Below are positions 50,603-60,043 of a stretch of DNA of 64,000 nucleotides, in pieces. The stretch lies in the NCBI GenBank assembly GCA_963821585.1, contig CAWGEI010000005.1, forward strand, positions 782,627-846,626, read 5' to 3'. A program made the translations under genes and the position numbers. A model generated the notes under the pieces. That model ran no database searches. It was given only the letters and a program-made list of their open reading frames with translations, and was not told the DNA's origin. Positions within the stretch are counted from its first letter, which is position 1; every line of letters starts with the position of its first letter. The stretch comes from an uncultured Acidobacteriota bacterium. Lineage in GTDB: Bacteria > Acidobacteriota > Thermoanaerobaculia > Gp7-AA8.

Positions 50603-53600
50603 TACCTGGTGGAGTCTTCCAGCGCCTTGATCCGGTTCACCGTGTCGCGGTAGTTGGAGTTCATCCCGTACACCTCCATGAACGCCTTCTGGGCGTTCTC
50701 GGTGTCGCCGACTTCCTGGTAGGCGGACGCGAGGTCGTACAGGAGTCCGACGTGCTCTTCCTCGGTGATCTCGGCCATCTCCAGCCCCTTGCGGTACCAC
50801 TTGATCGCGAGCTGGGGCATGCCCTTCTCGAGGAAGCAGAGGCCGAGCATGGAAGCGCACTCGACGGCGCGCTTGGGGTCCTTGGACGCGAGCTGGAACT
50901 CGCCGATGGCCTCGTCGATGAGACCCATCTCCTTGTAGGCGATGCCGAGGTTGTAGTGGGTGTCGTAGTCCTCGGAGTCGAGCTGCTGTTCGACGCCCTT
51001 CTTGAACTCCTTGAAGATCTCCTCGAGCGACTGCTCTTCCTCGGAGAGGGAGACCACTTCCTCCTCGTCGGCGAGCTCGGACTCGAGCTCCGCGGCGAGG
51101 TCGAAGAAGTTGTCTTCGTCGGCGAAGAGGTTGTCTTCCTCGACGAGCGCCGCGGCGGCGAGCACGGGCTCCTGGGTGGGGAGCGTCACCGGCGGGAGGG
51201 ACGGCGGGGGTGTGAACATCACGTCGTCTTCTTCGTCCGGGATGGCGGAGAGGAGCTCGCTCTCGATCTCGTCCCGGGAGAGGACGGGCGGACGCGGCGC
51301 CGCCGCGGCTGCTGCCACCGCGGACGCAGTGGCGACGCTCTCGACGCGCTCGCGGCGGGTCGCGACGTCGGCGTTGCCGGGGAAACGCGCGTCGAGGTTG
51401 TCGAGCTTGCGGCGCGCTTCGTCGAACAGCTCCTGCTCGATGTAGAAGTCGATCTCGCCGATCTCCTCCAGCGGCAGCTCTTCGAGATCGAATCCGCCGT
51501 CGCCGAAGAACGGTGATTCGTCCAGCGACTCGGGCAGCGGCTCCGGCTCCGCGATTTCTTCGATCGCGGGCAGGTCCAGCGTCGTGTCCAGGGTCGTGTC
51601 CAGAAACGCGGGGATCGGGGCCGTGGACTCGTCGATGACCAGTTCCGGCTCGGCCTCTTCGAACGTGAGCTCCTCGACGGCTTCGAGCTCCTCGACGGCT
51701 TCGCCCAGCGGGACCTCTTCCACGATTGGCTCGGGCGAGAGGTCGAAGTCCTCTTCGAAGGTGAGCTCCGCGACCGGTTCGGGCTCCGGCTCCGGCTCCG
51801 GCTTCAGTTCCGCGATTTCCTCGGGCTCCTCGATGTCGAACTCGAGCTCCGGCTCCGGCGAATCGAGATCGAACGTCAGCTCCTCGGACGTCGCGCCCAG
51901 ATCGAACTGCAGCTCGGGCTCAGGCTCCGGCTCGGGCGTGGGAGGAATGACCAGGGGCGTCGGCCGCGTCGGCGTGCGCGCGGGCTCGGGCTCGAAGGTA
52001 TGCCCCCGCGTGAGGAACTCGTTCTTCACCGCGTTGATGATCGCGATGTCGCCCTTCTCGACGAGCAGGTTCGTGTATGCCTGCGCCGCGATGCGCGCTC
52101 CGTCGATCTCGCCCTCTTCGAGGAGGATGCGGAAGAGGCGCTCGTGCGCGGTGAGGTTCTTCGGCGCGCGCTCGAGGACGGCGCGGAGGTGCTCGGCCGC
52201 CTTCTCCGCGAGTCCGTATTTCGCGAACACCTCGGCCTCGGTGAGGTGCTCGGTGATGAAGTCGAGGTCGTCGCCCGACTCCGGGACCTCCGCGGCGGCG
52301 AGCTCCACCGCCGGCTGCAACCGCTGGGGCGGAGGCGGGGCCACGGCACGTGACGCTACCTGGGGTGTAGGCGCGGGCTGGGGCGAAGGCGCGGGCGCGT
52401 CCAGCTCGAAGTCGAGCTCCATCGGAGCGGACGCGTCGAGATCGAGCGAGAGCTCGGGGTCGGCCAGGCCCCCAAGGTCGAAGGATGGTCCGTCGAACGA
52501 AGGCGCGGGCTCGTCGATCTCGAGTAATGGTCTCTCGACAGTCGGCATCCGCATCGCCGGCATCGGCGGCGGCGTGGGAGTCCGCGGGATGGTGTCGTTG
52601 CCGCCCATCTGCGAGCGGACGAACTGCAGCTTGGTGCGGTGCTGCGCGTTCTGCGGCTCGCTCTGGATGAGCTTTTCCAGCACCTTCGCCGCGTCCTCGA
52701 ACGACCCCCGGGCGACGTGCGCCTCGGCCAGGCTGTTCATCGACGCGAGGACGTTGGTCTCCTCGTTGAGCCGCGTGTAGACGGCGATCAGGCGCTCGAG
52801 CGTCGGGGCGTGGCCGGAGTCGACGCGCAGGATGCGGTTCAGCATCTCGATCGCCGCGTGCCGCTCGCCGCGGCTGAGGGCGCGCTCGGCGAGCGGGGCG
52901 ATCATGTCCAGGGCGCGGTTGGCGTCGTTCTGCTTGAGATAGAGGTCCGCCAGTGCTTCCCGGGCCGCAGGCTCGTTCGGATCGGCGGCGGTGGCGCGCT
53001 CGAGCGTCGCCCGTGCGCCGGCGACGTCGCCCCGGCCGAGCTGGATGCGGCCCATCATCGCCAGCAGCTTCGGGCTGTCGCGATTCGCTTCCAGCGCCGC
53101 GTCGACGATCTGCTTGGCGCTCTCGAAGTCCTTCGCGTCCAGCAGCGCGGTGACGAGCGAATCGACCAGCTCCGTGTTCTTCGGGTCGTTCTTGAGCGCC
53201 TTGCGGAAGACCTGCACGGCTTCGTCGAGCATGCCGCGCTTGAGCAGCATCCTGCCGACGCGGTCGTACTCCTTGAGCGCCTCGGCCGTGTTGTTGACCT
53301 GCGAGTGCAGGTCGGCGAGCTTGACGTGGACGTTGATCGAGTTCGGGTCGAGCTCGGAGATCTTCTTGTAGATCAGCAGCGCGTTGCCGGGATCGCCGTG
53401 CTTGAGGTAGTAGTCGGCGAGGACCTGGTACTGGCTCTTGGCCTCCATCGCCAGGCCCTGCTTGGCGTAGAGGTCGGCGAGCTTGGCGTAGATGTCGAGC
53501 TTCGAAGGATCGAGCTTGTTGATCTTCTTGTAGATCGCGATGGCTTTGAGGAAGAAGCCGTCCCTCGAGTAGTGGTCGGCGATCTTGCCGAAGACCTTCA

Positions 53601-53775
53601 CGGCCTCGTCGTAGCGGTTGATGCGGACCCAGAGGTCGCCGATGCGGTTGAGGGTGTTGACGTCGTTGGGGTTGTCTTCGAGCAGGCGTTCGTATTCCTT
53701 GATCGCAGGCTCGATCCTTCCCTTGGCAACGAGCTTTTCCGCGCTCGCGATGACTTTATCGCGTTGAACCGCCAT
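50602..53775 (-). CDS. Large TPR-repeat protein with a long acidic Pro/Glu-rich middle region
   Basis: 1057-aa ORF. N-terminal ~400 aa and C-terminal ~130 aa are TPR-like (e.g. YNLGIAYKEMGLIDEAIGEFQLA). Central PEPEPEPE / EELTFEE low-complexity region. Confidence 0.8.
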   Translation of the reverse strand: MAVQRDKVIASAEKLVAKGRIEPAIKEYERLLEDNPNDVNTLNRIGDLWVRINRYDEAVKVFGKIADHYSRDGFFLKAIAIYKKINKLDPSKLDIYAKLADLYAKQGLAMEAKSQYQVLADYYLKHGDPGNALLIYKKISELDPNSINVHVKLADLHSQVNNTAEALKEYDRVGRMLLKRGMLDEAVQVFRKALKNDPKNTELVDSLVTALLDAKDFESAKQIVDAALEANRDSPKLLAMMGRIQLGRGDVAGARATLERATAADPNEPAAREALADLYLKQNDANRALDMIAPLAERALSRGERHAAIEMLNRILRVDSGHAPTLERLIAVYTRLNEETNVLASMNSLAEAHVARGSFEDAAKVLEKLIQSEPQNAQHRTKLQFVRSQMGGNDTIPRTPTPPPMPAMRMPTVERPLLEIDEPAPSFDGPSFDLGGLADPELSLDLDASAPMELDFELDAPAPSPQPAPTPQVASRAVAPPPPQRLQPAVELAAAEVPESGDDLDFITEHLTEAEVFAKYGLAEKAAEHLRAVLERAPKNLTAHERLFRILLEEGEIDGARIAAQAYTNLLVEKGDIAIINAVKNEFLTRGHTFEPEPARTPTRPTPLVIPPTPEPEPEPELQFDLGATSEELTFDLDSPEPELEFDIEEPEEIAELKPEPEPEPEPVAELTFEEDFDLSPEPIVEEVPLGEAVEELEAVEELTFEEAEPELVIDESTAPIPAFLDTTLDTTLDLPAIEEIAEPEPLPESLDESPFFGDGGFDLEELPLEEIGEIDFYIEQELFDEARRKLDNLDARFPGNADVATRRERVESVATASAVAAAAAAPRPPVLSRDEIESELLSAIPDEEDDVMFTPPPSLPPVTLPTQEPVLAAAALVEEDNLFADEDNFFDLAAELESELADEEEVVSLSEEEQSLEEIFKEFKKGVEQQLDSEDYDTHYNLGIAYKEMGLIDEAIGEFQLASKDPKRAVECASMLGLCFLEKGMPQLAIKWYRKGLEMAEITEEEHVGLLYDLASAYQEVGDTENAQKAFMEVYGMNSNYRDTVNRIKALEDSTR

Positions 53776-54394
53776 GTCCCTCGCTGTTGCCGAAAAGCAG
53801 CCTCGGCTCCTCCACCCCTTCGAACGATCTGCGATGAATCGGACTGGGACCGTACATTCTCAGTGCGGCCTGATGTCCTTCAGTCCCGTAACCCCGATTG
53901 TGCTTGAAATCGTAAACGGGATAACGCTCATGATACGACTCCATCAATAGATCGCGATAGACCTTCGCCACGATGGAAGCCGCTGCGATGGAGACACTTC
54001 GGCGATCCCCGCCGATCAACGGGATCTGCGGCATCTCCAGTTCTTCGATGGTCACGGCGTCGAGCAGCAGGATGTCGGGACGGACGTGGAGGTCCTCGAG
54101 CGCGTGCAGCATGGCCAGCTTGCTCGCACGGAGAATGTTGATGCGGTCGATGGTCGTGGACTCGACGACGCCGACGGCGGCCGCGCGGGCTCGGCTGAGG
54201 ATCAGCCGGCAGATGCCGAGGCGGTCTTCGTGGTCGACGAGCTTGGAGTCGTTGACGCCGAAGAGGGTGGGGTCGGCGGGGAGGATCACGCACGCCGCGA
54301 CGACGGGACCGGCCAGACAGCCGCGGCCCACTTCGTCCGTGCCGGCGATGCAGCGAAAACCAGAATCGCGGAGCCTGCGCTCGATCACTGACAT
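53756..54394 (-). CDS. rnhB: Ribonuclease HII
   Basis: IAGTDEVGRGCLAGPVV, DSKL, ASIVAKVYRD, GYGT. ATG at 54394. The 3' end overlaps the TPR gene start by 20 nt. Confidence 0.85.
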   Translation of the reverse strand: MSVIERRLRDSGFRCIAGTDEVGRGCLAGPVVAACVILPADPTLFGVNDSKLVDHEDRLGICRLILSRARAAAVGVVESTTIDRINILRASKLAMLHALEDLHVRPDILLLDAVTIEELEMPQIPLIGGDRRSVSIAAASIVAKVYRDLLMESYHERYPVYDFKHNRGYGTEGHQAALRMYGPSPIHRRSFEGVEEPRLLFGNSEGHGGSTR

Positions 54395-54458
54395 CTCAGC
54401 GACGCGCGCGAGCTCCGCGAACAGGGAGTCGTAGAGGCGTTCGTCCGGGGTGCGCCGC

Positions 54459-54812
54459 TTACTTCTGGCGGCGCTCTTCGATGCGCGCGGCTTTGCCGCG
54501 GAGATCCCGGAGGTAGTAGAGCTTCGCGCGACGGACCCGGCCATGACGTTCCACCTCGATCTTGTCGATCGTCGGAGAATAGAGCGGGAACATACGCTCC
54601 ACACCAATGCCGCCCGAGACCTTCCGGACGGTGAACATCTGCCGTGCACCACCGCCGCGGCGCGAGATCACGACACCCTGGAAGATCTGGATGCGCTCTT
54701 TGTCGCCTTCTTTGACTTTGACGTGGACTTTGATCGTGTCGCCGGGAGAGAAAGACGGAAGGTCCGTCCGCTTCATCTCCGCCAACTCGACGAGCTTCAT
54801 GATTTCTGCCAT
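54459..54812 (-). CDS. rplS: 50S ribosomal protein L19
   Basis: [29 protein letters not shown]...[20 protein letters not shown]. Confidence 0.95.
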   Translation of the reverse strand: MAEIMKLVELAEMKRTDLPSFSPGDTIKVHVKVKEGDKERIQIFQGVVISRRGGGARQMFTVRKVSGGIGVERMFPLYSPTIDKIEVERHGRVRRAKLYYLRDLRGKAARIEERRQK

Positions 54813-54862
54813 GACTAGTACTCCAGTGTGATTGAAAAAGCGCGTCAGTATAACGGCCCGCG

Positions 54863-55687
54863 CTAGAACTTGCCGAGCTTCCCGAGTATTTCCCGGGTTT
54901 CGTCGTCGAGCTCGGCGGTCTCCAGCAGGTCCGGCCGCTTCTCCAGCGTCGCCCGCAAGGCCTGCTCCTTCCGCCACTTGCGGATCTTCTCGTGATGCCC
55001 GGACAGGAGGATGTCGGGCACCCGCCGCCCCCGCAGCTCCTCGGGGCGCGTGTAGTGCGGATAGTCGAGCAGGCCGCGGAAGAACGAGTCTTCCTCGACC
55101 GAGCCGGTGTTCCCGACGACCCCGGGGATCAGCCGCCCGATGGCGTCGGCGATGAGCATGGCCGGCAGTTCGCCCCCGGAGACGACGAAGTCGCCGACCG
55201 AGATCTCGTCCGGGGTCAGAGCTTCGTGAACCCGGTGGTCGAAGCCCTCGTAACGCCCGCAAAGGAGGACGAGGTGATCTTTGGCGCTGAGCTCCCTGGC
55301 GACGCCCTGATCGAAGCGGCGGCCTTGGGGGGTGGTCATGACGAGGTGCGCCCTGTTGTCATCCCGAGCGTCGAGCGAGGGACCTGGGTGGGCGGTGCTC
55401 GAATCGTGTGCTTGGTGCCCCTCCCGCCCAGGTCCCTCGCTCGACGCTCGGGATGACAACAGGGCCTCCACGCACCGGAACACCGGCTCGCCCAGCATGA
55501 CCATGCCCGGTCCGCCGCCGTAGGCTTCGTCGTCCGTGGAGCGGTGTTTGTCGGTGGCGTAGTCGCGCAGGTCCCACACCCGGATGTCCAGCAGCCCCTG
55601 TTTGACGCCACGGGGGATGACGCCTTCCGCGAGAAAGCCGTCGAACATCCGCGGGAAGATGGTGACGAAATCAATCCGTAACGGCAT
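54863..55687 (-). CDS. trmD: tRNA (guanine37-N1)-methyltransferase carrying a 38-codon in-frame palindromic insertion
   Basis: [61 protein letters not shown]. There is extra sequence between VFRCVEAL and HLVMTTPQG. Confidence 0.9.
   Translation of the reverse strand: MPLRIDFVTIFPRMFDGFLAEGVIPRGVKQGLLDIRVWDLRDYATDKHRSTDDEAYGGGPGMVMLGEPVFRCVEALLSSRASSEGPGREGHQAHDSSTAHPGPSLDARDDNRAHLVMTTPQGRRFDQGVARELSAKDHLVLLCGRYEGFDHRVHEALTPDEISVGDFVVSGGELPAMLIADAIGRLIPGVVGNTGSVEEDSFFRGLLDYPHYTRPEELRGRRVPDILLSGHHEKIRKWRKEQALRATLEKRPDLLETAELDDETREILGKLGKF
55351..55464. repeat. Family E-related inverted repeat inside trmD
   Basis: ccctgttgtcatcccgagcgtcgagcgagggacctggg...cccaggtccctcgctcgacgctcgggatgacaacaggg. 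114 nt, which is 38 codons. Confidence 0.85.
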
Positions 55688-56204
55688 CGAGGTCGTCCAG
55701 TCCTTCCGGGAGCGCGACCACGATGCGCTTCGCTTCGAGATCGATCTCCGTGCAGATGTCGGCCGCGAACGGCAGCTCGAACTCTTTGCCGTCCGGGCGC
55801 TTCACGTTGAGGAGGATCCCGCCGCCGCCCTCGTAGACGTCGATCACCACGCCGCGCTCGCGCCCCTCGACGTCGACGATCGTGAGGCCGGGGAGGTCGT
55901 GGAGAAAGTACTCGTCCTCCTCCAGCTCGCGAGCGTCTTCCTCGGGGATCTCCAGCGTCCAGTTGTGCAGGAGCTGCACTTCCTCGGGTGTCTCGATGCC
56001 GGCGAATTTCACCAGCGCGCGGCCGGCGTGCGTGCGGACGTGCTCGATCTTCACCTCGCGTGTCTGCGCCTCGTCGGGCGAGACGAGTGTCACGGACGCG
56101 AAGTCGTCGAAGCGCTCCGGCGCGTCGCTCCACGGCTCGACGCTGGCCTCGCCGCGGACTCCGTGCGCTTTGCGGATGACGCCGACGGCGATGCGGCCGG
56201 ACAT
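55671..56204 (-). CDS. rimM: 16S rRNA processing protein RimM
   Basis: IAVGVIRKAHGVRGE N-terminus, PRC-barrel C-terminus, and position between the KH gene and trmD. Confidence 0.85.
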   Translation of the reverse strand: MSGRIAVGVIRKAHGVRGEASVEPWSDAPERFDDFASVTLVSPDEAQTREVKIEHVRTHAGRALVKFAGIETPEEVQLLHNWTLEIPEEDARELEEDEYFLHDLPGLTIVDVEGRERGVVIDVYEGGGGILLNVKRPDGKEFELPFAADICTEIDLEAKRIVVALPEGLDDLDAVTD

Positions 56205-56208
56205 CGCC

Positions 56209-56439
56209 TCAGTCCAGGATGTCGAGCGAGAAGCGGCGGCGCGACTTCTGGCTCGCCGCGTTCAGCACCGTGCGGATGGCGCGGGCCGTACGGCCCTGGC
56301 GCCCGATCACCTTGCCGAGGTCTGCCGGCGCGACTTCGAGCTCGAGGATGGTCTGCTGGTCACGGTCGTGACTGCTCACCCTCACATCGTCGGGATTATC
56401 GACGAGGGACTGGGCCAGGAACTCGATCAGCTCGCGCAC
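56209..56439 (-). CDS. KH-domain RNA-binding protein (YlqC/UPF0109 family)
   Basis: LVDNPDDVRV...DLGKVIGRQGRTARAIRTV. Conserved position after rpsP. Confidence 0.8.
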   Translation of the reverse strand: MRELIEFLAQSLVDNPDDVRVSSHDRDQQTILELEVAPADLGKVIGRQGRTARAIRTVLNAASQKSRRRFSLDILD

Positions 56440-56445
56440 GGCACC

Positions 56446-56682
56446 TCAGGCTTTGTACTTCTTCAGCAGCGACTTCACGGTCGGAGAGAGCTGGGCGCCC
56501 TTGCTGACCCAGTAGTCGACGCGCGGGCGGTCGATCTTCACGTCAGCCGGGTTCTTCTTCGGGTCGTAATGCCCGATCTGCTCGACCGTCGCCGCGGACG
56601 GCGTCTTGAGCGAGTCGGAGACCACGATGCGGTAGAAGGGGGCATGAGTGGCTCCACCGCGGCGCAAACGAATCTTCAGCAT
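56446..56682 (-). CDS. rpsP: 30S ribosomal protein S16
   Basis: MLKIRLRRGGATHAPFYRIVVSDS...EQIGHYDP. Confidence 0.95.
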   Translation of the reverse strand: MLKIRLRRGGATHAPFYRIVVSDSLKTPSAATVEQIGHYDPKKNPADVKIDRPRVDYWVSKGAQLSPTVKSLLKKYKA

Positions 56683-56767
56683 GGATCAATAACTCCTTGA
56701 GGTTTCGGGCGCGGAATCGTACCCGAGCGACCGGCCGAACAGCAACCCCATGGGGCGAATTCCTCCG

Positions 56768-57226
56768 CTAGGCGACCAGATCGATCGTGTACTGCGTACC
56801 GACGGACGCGGACGTGGGCTGCTCGATGTGATCCTCACGGAGTTGGGTCAGCTCGGCACGGTCAACGTCGACCCGTTCGGCGAACAGGCCGTACGCCACC
56901 TGACGCAAGGTGAGATCGGAATCAATGGGAGCGACTGCGTCCGCGTGGACGTTCCACTGAAGATCCCGCCGGAGCTCGTCGAGGATAGCGCGATCACCGG
57001 TTGCACGATCGGCAGCGGCGGCGAGTCTCTTTCTGAGTATCTCTGGCAGATTCGCCAGGACCTCCCTGACCACGGAGCTCTTGTCGCTCTCCATGCGCTT
57101 GAGGATTCCGAACACTTCGCGATGCGAGCTCGCGTGAGACTCGACGAGCACTCCGAACGGCTCCCTTTCCGGCATCCCGAGGGAAGGTTGATACCAGAGC
57201 GTCATGTAGTGATAACGACTTCGCAT
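56768..57226 (-). CDS. DUF3037-like protein
   Basis: N-terminus YHYMTLWYQPSLGMPEREPFGVLVE resembles the DUF3037 signature as I remember it. Lower GC and A/T-ending codons. Lies 12 nt after the HipA-like gene. Confidence 0.45.
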   Translation of the reverse strand: MRSRYHYMTLWYQPSLGMPEREPFGVLVESHASSHREVFGILKRMESDKSSVVREVLANLPEILRKRLAAAADRATGDRAILDELRRDLQWNVHADAVAPIDSDLTLRQVAYGLFAERVDVDRAELTQLREDHIEQPTSASVGTQYTIDLVA

Positions 57227-57238
57227 CGCGGCAATAGC

Positions 57239-58033
57239 TTACGCGTTTTGCGAAACGAACGCCTGAATGACCTTCTTCCTGCCGAGGAGGCCATCGAGGA
57301 GTTCGCTCCGCTCATTGCTTCGCAAATAGAGGTCAGGGATCCGCTGAACGCACTCGGAGACGCGCCAGTCAGGCAGGGTGGCGATACGTTCCGCGACTCG
57401 GATCATGACGGACTGATCGAAGGCCTGCCTCAACGCGTCCGGGAAGGGCGGGAACGTCAGCGCTTGCCACCTCTTCGCGGACCAGGACCGTCCAACCCCC
57501 ATGGAGTTGGAGTGGTCGAGCCCCACAAAGCCGCTGCGGCCGGGGTATTTTCGATCAACCCCATAGACGACGTTCCCGGCATTGTTTCGGTCGCGGTTAT
57601 CAATCCACAGGTCGAACACGAGCAGCGAGGAGACGCGTTCCGCCGCGGCTCCTCGGATTGCGGCACCAATGAGTGAGTCCGCCCCCGCGTCTTCCCAGAA
57701 CAGCACCCAAGGAGCCACCTCGGCGTGAGTGACCAGGGAGACGCAACACTCGTTCTGAACAGCTCCGAATCGATAGCTGCTGTCGTAAAGCAGCACTGGC
57801 GCGACGAACACGCCGACATCGAACGCGAGATCTGCCGCGATCTTCTCCTTCGCGGCAACCGGAGCTTCAAAGTGGTACGTCGTCGGCTTCATGTAGGCGC
57901 CGTAAGGAGCTTCCGGGCACGCCTTCAACCACACCCCGGACAGCGCTCCAGCTGCCGGCGACCGATACGTGTCCAGTTGCCACTCTGTGCCCGAGAACAG
58001 CTCTCGCCGCCACTTGGCGATCAGCTCATCCAC
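57239..58033 (-). CDS. HipA-like (PI3/4-kinase-fold) putative serine/threonine kinase
   Basis: LLVFDLWIDNRDRNNAGNVV matches the HipA_C-type catalytic loop pattern. The GTG start abuts the upstream stop (TGAGTG). Lower GC than flanks. Confidence 0.6.
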   Translation of the reverse strand: MDELIAKWRRELFSGTEWQLDTYRSPAAGALSGVWLKACPEAPYGAYMKPTTYHFEAPVAAKEKIAADLAFDVGVFVAPVLLYDSSYRFGAVQNECCVSLVTHAEVAPWVLFWEDAGADSLIGAAIRGAAAERVSSLLVFDLWIDNRDRNNAGNVVYGVDRKYPGRSGFVGLDHSNSMGVGRSWSAKRWQALTFPPFPDALRQAFDQSVMIRVAERIATLPDWRVSECVQRIPDLYLRSNERSELLDGLLGRKKVIQAFVSQNA

Positions 58034-58582
58034 TCAGGGCCACAGCCACCCGAAGACGCCGCCCATCAGCAGCCCGTAAAGGAGTCCGTCGATCACGTAT
58101 TTGAACGCCACACCCCACGGCTTGCCGTACCAGATGGCGTCGCTGATGTTGTTGCCGAACGCCCAGAAGATCGTCCCCGTCGCGCCGGCGATCTGGAACA
58201 CGCGCAGGTACGGCGTGCCGGGCGCCAGCGTCTGGCCCGCGATGTAGGCGACGAAGATCGCGCTCACGAGGCAGTAGAGGAAGTAGAGCGCGAGCGTTTT
58301 CCCGAACGAGAACCGGGCGGGGTTGCGGACGTACATCACCGCCGTCGGGCCGCTCTCCCATTCCGCGCGCTGCTCGGGCGTCGGCTTCTGCATCATGCGC
58401 GGAACGACGTACAGGCCGGACTTGAGCCCGCGCAGCAGGTCGAGGAACGGACGGTCGTCGCCGACGCTGCGGTAGTCGGCCGTGTGCCAGAACCCCAAGG
58501 CCATGTGGATGAGCGCGCTGACGAACTGCAGCACGACCGCGGAGACGAGGATCGGGAGCCAGAGTGCACTCAGCGGAACCAT
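58034..58582 (-). CDS. Integral membrane protein, unknown function
   Basis: gaggagg SD before ATG 58582. Four hydrophobic helices. Host-like composition. Confidence 0.55.
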   Translation of the reverse strand: MVPLSALWLPILVSAVVLQFVSALIHMALGFWHTADYRSVGDDRPFLDLLRGLKSGLYVVPRMMQKPTPEQRAEWESGPTAVMYVRNPARFSFGKTLALYFLYCLVSAIFVAYIAGQTLAPGTPYLRVFQIAGATGTIFWAFGNNISDAIWYGKPWGVAFKYVIDGLLYGLLMGGVFGWLWP

Positions 58583-58608
58583 AGCGACCTCCTCTGTGTC
58601 GCCACAGT

Positions 58609-59949
58609 CTACTGCATGAATTCCGGCGGCAGCCCCTTCATCATCTTTCCGAACTTCCGCGCCCCGAAGCCCTTCGAGAACGTTTTCATCATCTTCTTCA
58701 TCTGCAGGTACTGCTTCAGGAGGCGATTGATCTCCTGCACCGACGTCCCGGACCCCTTGGCGATGCGCTTCTTGCGGTGGCCATTGAGGATCTGGGGGAA
58801 CTCCCGTTCTTTCTTGGTCATCGAGTCGAGGATGGCCTGCATGCGCAGGATGGCCTTCTCGTCGATGTCGTCCTCGCTGATCTTTCCCGCGCCCGGGAGC
58901 ATGTTCACCAGCGACGACAGCGGGCCCATTTTCTTGACCTGCTGGAGCTGCGAACGAAGGTCTTCGAGCGTGAACTTGTCCTTGGCGACCCTCTCCGCCA
59001 GCCGCGCCGCTTCCTTCTGATCGACCTCGGCCTCGACCTTCTCGATCAGCGAGAGCACGTCGCCCATGCCCAGGATGCGCTGGGCCATGCGGTCGGGATA
59101 GAAGACGTCGAGGTCCGCGTACTTTTCACCGACGCCGACGAACTTGATGGGACGGTTGACGACGGACTTGATGGACAGCGCGGCGCCACCGCGGGCGTCG
59201 CCGTCGAGCTTCGTCAGGACGATGCCGGTCACGCCGAGGCGGTCGTCGAACTCCTTCGCCGACTTCACGGCGTCCTGGCCGGTCATGGCGTCGGCGACGA
59301 ACAGGATCTCCGAGGGACGGACGTCGTCGCGGATGGTGTGGAGCTCTTTCATGAGCTCGTCGTCGATGTGCAGCCGGCCCGCCGTATCGAGAATGACGGT
59401 GTCGTACAGCAGCGTCTTCGCCTCGGACAGCGCTTTACGCGCGATGTCGATCGGATTGCGGTTGTCGCCGATCTCGAAGAACGGCACCTTCACGTTGTTC
59501 GCGACGATGCGGAGCTGGTCGATGGCGGCGGGGCGGTAGACGTCGCACGGCACGAGCAGCGGACGCCGCCCGCGGCTCTTCAGGTGATTGGCGAGCTTGC
59601 CCGAGGTGGTCGTCTTACCGGAGCCCTGCAGGCCGACCATCATCACGACGGCGGGCGACCCGACCAGCGCGAGGCCGACTTCGTTGCCGCCGAGGAGCGC
59701 CTGGAGCTCGTCGCGGACGATCTTCGTGACCTGCTGCGCGGGCGAGAAGGCCGTGAGCACGTCCGAGCCGTTGGCCTTCTCCTTCACGCGGTTCGTGAAG
59801 TCTTTGACGGTCTTGAAGTGGACGTCGGCCTCGAGGAGGGCGACGCGGATCTCTTTCAGGGCGTTCTCGATGTGCCACTCGTTGAGGCTGGCTTCACCGC
59901 GAAGGGTCTTGAAGACCCTGTCCATCTTTTCCTGCAGGTTGTCGAACAT
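58609..59949 (-). CDS. ffh: Signal recognition particle protein Ffh (SRP54)
   Basis: MFDNLQEKMDRVFKTLRG, GLQGSGKTTT, DTAGRLH, LTKLDGDARGGAALS, Met-rich M domain. Confidence 0.95.
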   Translation of the reverse strand: MFDNLQEKMDRVFKTLRGEASLNEWHIENALKEIRVALLEADVHFKTVKDFTNRVKEKANGSDVLTAFSPAQQVTKIVRDELQALLGGNEVGLALVGSPAVVMMVGLQGSGKTTTSGKLANHLKSRGRRPLLVPCDVYRPAAIDQLRIVANNVKVPFFEIGDNRNPIDIARKALSEAKTLLYDTVILDTAGRLHIDDELMKELHTIRDDVRPSEILFVADAMTGQDAVKSAKEFDDRLGVTGIVLTKLDGDARGGAALSIKSVVNRPIKFVGVGEKYADLDVFYPDRMAQRILGMGDVLSLIEKVEAEVDQKEAARLAERVAKDKFTLEDLRSQLQQVKKMGPLSSLVNMLPGAGKISEDDIDEKAILRMQAILDSMTKKEREFPQILNGHRKKRIAKGSGTSVQEINRLLKQYLQMKKMMKTFSKGFGARKFGKMMKGLPPEFMQ

Positions 59950-60043
59950 GACTCGACCCACAATCGAGGGCGCTTCGAAAAAAATCCGTGGCGGGGCACG
60001 GGCGGACTCAACTTCGCTATGATTGGCGCGTCTTCCACCCGTA

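Noticed and set aside
51500-52000. Pro-Glu (PEPEPEPE) and EELTFEE repeats in the 1057-aa TPR protein as a hypervariable or diversity-generating cassette.
   Set aside because: It is simple low-complexity acidic linker sequence. There is no template repeat, reverse transcriptase or adenine-specific mismatch pattern nearby.
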